Shown piece by piece: positions 57,362 through 64,000 of a stretch of DNA of 64,000 nucleotides. Positions within the stretch are counted from its first letter, which is position 1, and each line of letters begins with the position of its first letter. The position numbers were made by a program, and so were the translations under genes. This stretch comes from Sedimentisphaerales bacterium. GTDB taxonomy: Bacteria; Planctomycetota; Phycisphaerae; Sedimentisphaerales; SM23-30. The stretch lies in the NCBI GenBank assembly GCA_963666285.1, contig OY762711.1. One strand, given 5' to 3'. A model generated the notes under the pieces. It was given only the letters and a program-made list of their open reading frames with translations. It searched no databases and was not told where the DNA came from.

Positions 57362-58793
57362 ATGATGAATATTGTAAGGTTATTGTATGTTATAATAGTA
57401 TGTTGTTTGTCATTAAATGCATATGCCGAGGGAAACAGTAAGTCTATCAACAGCGGAGTTTCCTGGTTTGATCAGAACAACAATGAAGTAAACGCTCATG
57501 GTGGATGCATTGTTAAAGAGGGCGATAAATATTATCTTTTTGGCGAATATAAATCTGATACAGCTAATCTGTTTTCAGGATTTAGCTGTTATTCTTCGTT
57601 GGATCTGGTTAACTGGAAATTTGAAAATATTGTACTTCCGATGCAAAAGGAAGGTTTATTAGGGCCGAACCGTATTGGTGAGCGTGTAAAAGTGATGAAA
57701 TGTCCGCAAACCGGTGAGTTTGTGATGTATATGCATACAGATGACAGCAAGTATAAAGATCCTCATGTTGGTTACGCTACCAGTGATACAATTGATGGCG
57801 ACTATGTGTTTCATGGACCTGTTTTATATGAAGGTAAGCCAATTCGCAAATGGGATATAGGGACATTTCAGGACACTGACGGCAAAGGATATTTATTGAT
57901 TCATCATGGTATTATTTACGAGCTGGCTTCGGATTATAAAACTATAAAGCGTCTTGTTGTTTCCAGGCAAAAATCAGGCGAATCACCTGCGATGTTTAAG
58001 AGTAATGGGGTATATTTCTGGTTGAGTTCAAACCTTACCAGTTGGGAACGAAACGATAATTATTACTTGACGGCAACATCGTTGGAAGGTCCTTGGACAA
58101 GAAAAGGGTTCTTTGCACCAGAAGGAACATTGACGTGGAATTCTCAATGTTCATTTGTTTTTCCAGTATCAAATGGACAAGATACCATATTTATGTATAT
58201 GGGAGATCGCTGGTCATATCCCAAGCAGGGTTCGGCGGCAACGTATGTCTGGCAGCCTATATCTGTTGATGGCCCTAATATGAGTATTCCTGATTATGTA
58301 GAGAGCTGGCAGATAGATTTTTCTAATTTCAAATGGAATGCTGTTCACTCTGAAAAGAAGATAATAAAGCCAGCCTCAATACAAGGAAATTGGCATAGGA
58401 GAACCGGAGCAATAGCTTCAAATGAAAGAGGAGCGATAGCTGCTTATATTTAATGGCGGCCGTATTGGGTTTAATGCTTTGTCAAATACTACTAGTGGAT
58501 ATGCCAAGGTAATTATTACTAATAGTGAAAATGAAGAGTTTGTTAATACAATTGTTGATTTTTATAGTAAATATGAATGTATATCACAGAAATTCATTAG
58601 TCCAAAAATGGAAAAAGATGTTTATAAAATGACTATTGAAGTACAAGGAGAGCACGGTCAATGGAGTGATAAAAAGAAAAATCAATACGGCAGTGTTGAT
58701 GATTATGTTTATATTGTAGATGTATTTGTTGTTGATGAGATGCTTTCAGACGTTTCAGGAGATAATAATAATCCTGTTCTTAAAGGTTATTAG
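57362..58793 (+). pseudogene. Glycoside hydrolase family 43 (five-bladed propeller) split by a frameshift near 58450 (ORFs 57362-58453 and 58479-58793)
   Basis: Signal peptide; VNAHGG, YYLFGE, GERVKV, ESPAMFK, TWNSQ, YMGDRW. Frame ends TAT ATT TAA while the +1 frame continues FNGGRIGFNALSNTTSGYAKV into a beta-sandwich domain. Confidence 0.7.
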
Positions 58794-59035
58794 AGGCTGT
58801 TGAATGCAAGTGTTGGGTGTGGGGCAGGGGAGTGTTTTGTCGCCTGTAAGGTATTGGTAGTAAAATAGTTACGTTTGCAGAGGGTTGGGGGAGTGCAGAA
58901 ATCGTAATTTTTTAATGATAGAATGGGTAAAAACTGGTATACTGGCTGGCTTATTAAACTTATGCCTAGGGTAAAGTTATATGCCATGGGTTTGTTGAAA
59001 TAACTATTTTTTTCCATACTGGAGGTAAATATAGT

Positions 59036-60118
59036 ATGAGTAGAAGCTATAACATAGCGGTGATTCCCGGTGATGGTACCGGTCCTGAGGTAACGGCCGA
59101 GGCTGTAAAGGTAATGGATGCGGCGGCGGCGAAGTTCGGTTTCAAAACAGAAAAGACTGAGTTTGATTTTGGCGGCGAACGTTATATGAGAACCGGCGAG
59201 ACTTTGACCGATAGTGCGATCGAAGATCTACGTAAATTCGATAATATTCTGCTGGGTGCGATTGGTCATCCTGATGTTAAGCCTGGTATCCTGGAGAAGG
59301 GTATTTTGCTGAAGGCTCGTTTTGAGCTGGATCAGTATATCAACCTTCGTCCGATCAAGCTGTTTCCGGGTGTTGAGTGTCCGCTGAAGGATAAAGGCCC
59401 GGAACATATCGACTATGTTGTAGTTCGTGAGAATACCGGTGACCAGTATACAGGTGCCGGCGGATTTACGCTGAAGGGTACGCCAAACGAAGTTGCGGTG
59501 CAGACCGCGGTGTATAACCGATTCCAGTGTGACCGGGCGTTGAAGTTTGCATTTGAATATGCCCGCAAGTATGGTAAAAAGGCTCGCGGTGTGGGTGAAG
59601 AAAACACACTTGGCCTGGTCGGTAAGACCAATGTTTTGACCTATGTTTACGATCTGTGGGAAAGGGCGTTCCATGAGATGGGTGACGCGGAATATCCTGA
59701 TATTCGTCGTGACTATTATCATGTAGACGCGGCATGTATGTGGATGGTGAAGAGCCCTGAATGGTTTGATATACTAGTTACCGGCAATATGTTCGGTGAT
59801 ATTATTACCGACCTGGGTGCGATTACACAGGGTGGTATGGGTATTGCCGCCGGTGGTAATATTAATCCAGAAGGTGTGAGCATGTTCGAGCCGATCGGTG
59901 GTTCTGCTCCTAAATATACCGGACAGAATGTTATTAACCCGCTGGCCGCTATTGGTGCCGCGGCGATGATGCTGCGTGACCTGGGCGAAGAAGAAGCTGC
60001 TGATAAGATTGAAGATGCTATTAAGGTAGTAACCTCTACCAAGCTGAAATCGCTGGCAGCCGGTCGTATGGGCTATACAACATCAGAGGTTGGCGATCTG
60101 GTTGCTAGCCTGCTGTAA
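59036..60118 (+). CDS. leuB: 3-isopropylmalate dehydrogenase
   Basis: IAVIPGDGTGPEV, ILLGAIG, YINLRP, VVRENT, NMFGDIITD, FEPIGGSAP, NPLAAI; GGAGG RBS. Confidence 0.9.
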   Translation: MSRSYNIAVIPGDGTGPEVTAEAVKVMDAAAAKFGFKTEKTEFDFGGERYMRTGETLTDSAIEDLRKFDNILLGAIGHPDVKPGILEKGILLKARFELDQYINLRPIKLFPGVECPLKDKGPEHIDYVVVRENTGDQYTGAGGFTLKGTPNEVAVQTAVYNRFQCDRALKFAFEYARKYGKKARGVGEENTLGLVGKTNVLTYVYDLWERAFHEMGDAEYPDIRRDYYHVDAACMWMVKSPEWFDILVTGNMFGDIITDLGAITQGGMGIAAGGNINPEGVSMFEPIGGSAPKYTGQNVINPLAAIGAAAMMLRDLGEEEAADKIEDAIKVVTSTKLKSLAAGRMGYTTSEVGDLVASLL

Positions 60119-60240
60119 CAGGCCTCGCCTGCACCAGACCGGACTTGGGCAAGCTGAGCCCGGCGACGAATAGAGATAGGCTTGACAAAGGAACAAACCA
60201 TACTGGTTTGTCGAAAGTCTTGACATATTGAATATATAAT

Positions 60241-60272
60241 AAGGCTCGTTCAGAAATGGACGGGCCTTTTTT
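60241..60272 (+). terminator. Intrinsic terminator after leuB
   Basis: AAGGCTCGTTC-agaaat-GGACGGGCCTTTTTT. Confidence 0.75.
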
Positions 60273-60370
60273 GCAAGGCAGAGCCTGCCTTTGATATGTC
60301 TCAGGGAAGCTGCTTTGGAGATGAGTTTAGAAAAGAATGATCGGGTACACGTTTTTTATAAAACATCATT

Positions 60371-61585
60371 TTACTCAGTAGTTTGTATTTCTCCGATGTC
60401 TTGTTTCTTGAGTTTTTCTATCTCTTTTTTTATTTGCTCTTTTGTAAATTTCATTTCAGACAACAATTTTGTAAAATCCCTTATCGTTGGTTCATATTGA
60501 GGGTGTTGAATATTATTAGATCTGGAATAGTTTTCAAGGATTGAAAGTGTCTTTTCAAAATATTCTTTAGCTTGAGTTAGTTTGTTTGTTTTCCAGTACA
60601 ATAATGCTAAATTGTTGCAATCCCTGGCAATATTAGTGTGAAATTTGTCAAAGTATTTATAGTCGATATCAAGAGCTTTTAGATGCATTTGTTCGGCTTT
60701 GCTATAATTGCCTTTTAAATTGTATATTAAGCCAAGATTGTTATATGTTGATGCCATATCAGGGTGACCATCTTTGTAAGATTCTTTGAAGATTTCAAGA
60801 GCCTGTATGTAATTAGTTTCAGCTTCTTCTATTCTGTATGTTTCCCTATATAGTTCGCCAAGATTGTTATAGGTTACAGCTGTTTGAAGTGTTGAATTGT
60901 TTTCTAGTATTGCCAATGCTTTAATGTAATATTCTTCAGCTATTTTCGGACGATTAGTTTGTCTGTGTAGCTCAGCCATATTTGTATAAGTTGTTGCAAC
61001 CCATGGATGGTTTTCGCTAAGATTTTTAATGTAAATATCAAGGGCTTGTCTATATAGCGGTTCGGCTTTAATAGGTCTATTGGTTTTTCTATACAATTCA
61101 GCTAGATTATTGCATGTGGTAGCATAGTCCTGGTGCTGTTTACCTATTGTTTTTTCTCTAATTTCCTTTGCCCGTATGAAATTTTGTTCGGCCTTATCCA
61201 TATTGTCAGTAGTCATGTATAGTTGGCCGAGATTGTCAAGTATGCAAGCTACATCTTGATGTTCGTTACCGAGTTTAGCTGTTTTTAAGTTTAAAACTTT
61301 TGTCATAGCGGGCTCGGCTTTATCATATCTGCCGATTTTAAAATAGGCACAACTAAGGTGCTCAAGGTATGTGACTTCATGTTCTTTATCATCTTTAGAA
61401 ATATTATCGATTGCGGATTCGAAGATTTTTATGACTGTTTCGATGTCATTGTTATTTTCTGCTATAGCGGCTTTGTCCATTATTTGTTTAAATTTAACAT
61501 TTTCTTCAGTACAACCTGTTAAATTCAGTGCTGATACAATGAGAAAAGACAGAGTGAACAGCCTTATATTACAATATTTAACCAT
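60371..61585 (-). CDS. Kinesin-light-chain-type TPR lipoprotein
   Basis: Lipobox LTG|C; ~42-aa repeats HP.VA...NNLA.LY...G...AE..Y..AL.I. Confidence 0.88.
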   Translation of the reverse strand: MVKYCNIRLFTLSFLIVSALNLTGCTEENVKFKQIMDKAAIAENNNDIETVIKIFESAIDNISKDDKEHEVTYLEHLSCAYFKIGRYDKAEPAMTKVLNLKTAKLGNEHQDVACILDNLGQLYMTTDNMDKAEQNFIRAKEIREKTIGKQHQDYATTCNNLAELYRKTNRPIKAEPLYRQALDIYIKNLSENHPWVATTYTNMAELHRQTNRPKIAEEYYIKALAILENNSTLQTAVTYNNLGELYRETYRIEEAETNYIQALEIFKESYKDGHPDMASTYNNLGLIYNLKGNYSKAEQMHLKALDIDYKYFDKFHTNIARDCNNLALLYWKTNKLTQAKEYFEKTLSILENYSRSNNIQHPQYEPTIRDFTKLLSEMKFTKEQIKKEIEKLKKQDIGEIQTTE

Positions 61586-61847
61586 ATTATACCCTTAATA
61601 TGTAATTACATGATTGCATTGTGCAGGCAATCTCGGAAGATTTCATTATAAAATGGATTTCTTTGCTTGCAGGTTACAAGTGTGAAGAAAAGACATCTCC
61701 CTTTGTATCGCCGATAATTTGACATACGGGTATTTTATTGATAATGGAAGTGAAATCAAGGATTGATTTATAAAATACCATTCCTTAAATGTGTGGTACA
61801 GCGTAAAGAAACAGCAGATATCATTATATCGTATCCAACAAAATTTG

Positions 61848-61921
61848 AAGATTTTCCATTAAAAATCCTGTTTTGATAAGATTCAAACCAAAACCAGCCT
61901 GTATTGTAATATCTATGTGCT
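61848..61921. repeat. Direct repeat copy 1 (promoter/5' end of a small gene)
   Basis: AAGATTTTCCATT-A5-TCCTGTTTTGATAAGATTCAAACCAAAACCAGCCTGTATTGTAATATCTATGTGCT, identical to 63926-64000 except the A-run length. Confidence 0.95.
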
Positions 61922-62038
61922 TATAGTCAAGATGTATGTAAAGCTTTCTTGACATATTACCAATCATTTATTATAAGTAATACAACAGATTTTTAACCGA
62001 AAAACATATTTTCATCAAGCCTGAAGGGAGCAGAAGGT

Positions 62039-63622
62039 ATGGATAATCGTATCTGCCTGTATTATCGTGTTTTAGCTTTTATGTTGACATTTCTTGCATT
62101 TTATTCAGATTTACAAGCTGCAATTTGGGATGATGCGCCGCCGTCGACAGATGTTCTTGCAATACTTGAAAGTTTGCCACCTAAATACAGTGATCAGGCA
62201 AAGCCTGATTTCTATGTTGAAGAACAAATTCTTAATCCTTTGCTTATAAAGATAGAATATCTGGCAGAAAATGAACGTAGTAGCTTTTTGTGGTTTGGCA
62301 ATGATTCATTCCGGAGTCTTGGACTTGAGATGAAATGTCTGAATAGTTTGGGCTATCATGACGAGGTATTATGCCTTGGCGATAAGTTGTTTGATATATT
62401 TTATACCACTTTAAATAGTTATGAATTTTTGGAATGCATGCCTGAGATTGTAGATGCAGTTAAGATGTCGTCTCTGGAACCGCACGAAAAACTGGTATGG
62501 GTTATGGAAAGGTACAGGGGGAGTGTTGCGGTGGATGAAGATGTGATGCGGTTTATGCTGCCATCTGAAAGAGAATGTTTTTCCCAATGGTCTGAATTTT
62601 TGAAGCAGGACAGGCCGCAAATAATATGGAGTGAAACAGCTGATTTGCTTTTGGCTAAGTTGAATAATATATATGAGGATAATTCAACGCTGAAGCATAC
62701 AGAATTTTTGAAAAAAGAAAATTTATATAATTGGCATATAGATAATGTTGTGTTTTGCCTGAGAAAAGCCGGCAGGTATAAAGATATTGAAGGATTGCTA
62801 GTTAAGGAAGCAGAGGAAAATCATAATTTCATAGATTTAGTTGATTATTATATCGAAGCAAAACAATACCAAGAAGCAGAAAACTGGATAGAAAAAGGGA
62901 TTTACGCTTCATGCGGTGAAGATTATTATGTTTATTCTGAACTCTTATTTATGCAAAACCAGATCTTATTTGAAATGAGTCGATGGGAGGAAATGCTGGT
63001 CTTAGATGTTGTAAACATAATCTATGGAGATTTGGATGATTATTATGATCCTGATTTTAACTATGCCAGAGCAAGCGGTTTAAACGATAAGGTAGATTGG
63101 GTGGAGAAAAGTCTTATTGACTATTGTCAGTCTGGTAATATACCATGGCAGCAGCCTGGCTGGCCATTGCTTAAACCGCGGAAATGTTGGTTAGTTCGCG
63201 ATAAAAAATTGGAATCCAGGAGTTTTCCAAAGTACGATCATATACTTAGTTATTATGGTATGAAAGGCGATAGAGAAAAAAGTTTATACTGGTATCATTT
63301 TGCAATTGAAGATAATTATAAAGTACAAACTGAAATACTTGAAGACATAGTGTGGTTGATAGAAGAAATTTCACCTGATGATGCGTTTTTTATATGGGCC
63401 AGAAGAGCAGAAGAAGATATTAACAGTGGAGTTAATTATTGGAATGCTATGATTAATGTTCGTATGGGGCAGGCTGTTTGTGTTGATGCCGGACTTGAGA
63501 GCCGCTGGCAGGAATATGTTAGCCAATTTTGTGCTAAATACTCAGATAATAAACCTTTGATAGAAGAGTTTGAAAGAGCTCTCGAATTTGGTCCGCTCAA
63601 TTATAGAAGGCAGCTGAAATGA
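62039..63622 (+). CDS. Hypothetical secreted all-helical (TPR-like) protein
   Basis: 527-aa ORF, N-terminal signal-like segment, helical repeat character (LVDYYIEAKQYQEAENWIEKG). Confidence 0.75.
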   Translation: MDNRICLYYRVLAFMLTFLAFYSDLQAAIWDDAPPSTDVLAILESLPPKYSDQAKPDFYVEEQILNPLLIKIEYLAENERSSFLWFGNDSFRSLGLEMKCLNSLGYHDEVLCLGDKLFDIFYTTLNSYEFLECMPEIVDAVKMSSLEPHEKLVWVMERYRGSVAVDEDVMRFMLPSERECFSQWSEFLKQDRPQIIWSETADLLLAKLNNIYEDNSTLKHTEFLKKENLYNWHIDNVVFCLRKAGRYKDIEGLLVKEAEENHNFIDLVDYYIEAKQYQEAENWIEKGIYASCGEDYYVYSELLFMQNQILFEMSRWEEMLVLDVVNIIYGDLDDYYDPDFNYARASGLNDKVDWVEKSLIDYCQSGNIPWQQPGWPLLKPRKCWLVRDKKLESRSFPKYDHILSYYGMKGDREKSLYWYHFAIEDNYKVQTEILEDIVWLIEEISPDDAFFIWARRAEEDINSGVNYWNAMINVRMGQAVCVDAGLESRWQEYVSQFCAKYSDNKPLIEEFERALEFGPLNYRRQLK

Positions 63623-63718
63623 AAGTGTGATACTATTTAGCCGTAGCTTGCCGGAGGTTTGAACTGGTTGATAGGAATACAACGTGGGCAGTTTTCTAAT
63701 CAAAATGGTAGTTTTTTT

Positions 63719-63937
63719 TTACATCATTTCGCCGAAGATAAATAATGAAGTACCTATCCACCATACAGGAAGAAATATCCATCTTTTGGGAATATATAGA
63801 TAGGCGTATATCCATGCTACTGGTAAGATAAAGCAGCCGATCCACCATTTGATGGATTCCTCATATGCCGAGCTTAAAGTAATGTACCAGCAATACCCTG
63901 CAATTGCCCATCCTGTTAATGATATAAGATTTTCCAT
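63719..63937 (-). CDS. Small Trp-rich membrane protein
   Basis: 72 aa, 2-3 hydrophobic segments, AGGA RBS within the repeated promoter segment. Confidence 0.65.
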   Translation of the reverse strand: MENLISLTGWAIAGYCWYITLSSAYEESIKWWIGCFILPVAWIYAYLYIPKRWIFLPVWWIGTSLFIFGEMM

Positions 63938-64000
63938 TAAAAAATCCTGTTTTGATAAGATTCAAACCAAAACCAGCCTGTATTGTAATATCTATGTGCT
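63926..64000. repeat. Direct repeat copy 2 (runs to window edge)
   Basis: Matches 61848-61921 with A6 instead of A5. Confidence 0.95.

Noticed and set aside
60119..60240. tRNA or other ncRNA after leuB
   Set aside because: Only short hairpins (e.g. ACAAACCA/TGGTTTGT); no cloverleaf, T-loop or CCA; likely REP-like remnants
61848..64000. Integron attC sites or IS terminal repeats as explanation of the direct repeat
   Set aside because: No RYYYAAC/GTTRRRY palindromic structure and no integrase or transposase; the repeat is a promoter plus start codon

Overview
About 40% GC bacterial chromosomal window. The gene inventory points to an anaerobic planctomycete of class Phycisphaerae (Sedimentisphaerales-like); this is inferred from the ECF sigma/FecR pair, LamG and GEVED proteins ending in a dockerin-like '...WL' tail, firmicute-type AddB and FapA/CheX. 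Left (1-13.6 kb): a type II secretion gene cluster (gspK partial, J, I, H, G, F, E, D, a divergent lipoprotein, gspC-like). Its envelope-spanning parts are strikingly elongated: a ~1590-aa secretin with ~8 N-domain repeats, a GspC-like protein with 4 inserted beta-rich repeats, and a GspK with a long acidic insert. 14-27 kb: tandem XRE-cupin regulator, secreted triple-GEVED protein, hybrid kinase, membrane protein, typA with a long structured leader, hemerythrin, yebC. 27-40 kb: tilS plus a co-directional run of pilins, a second secretin, TPR lipoprotein, PAS kinase, receiver, GAF-HD-GYP, CheX, CheY and FapA. 40-50.5 kb: housekeeping genes (Fe-ADH, accD, degenerate histidine phosphatase, fliN, TauE, addB, ABC). 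50.5-52.3 kb: a non-coding mosaic of hairpins and microrepeats. 52.3-58.8 kb: ECF/FecR/LamG/GH43 glycan unit with a frameshifted GH43. Right end: leuB, TPR lipoprotein and an apparently tandemly duplicated ~2.08-kb unit. No tRNA, rRNA, CRISPR array or intact transposase was recognised.
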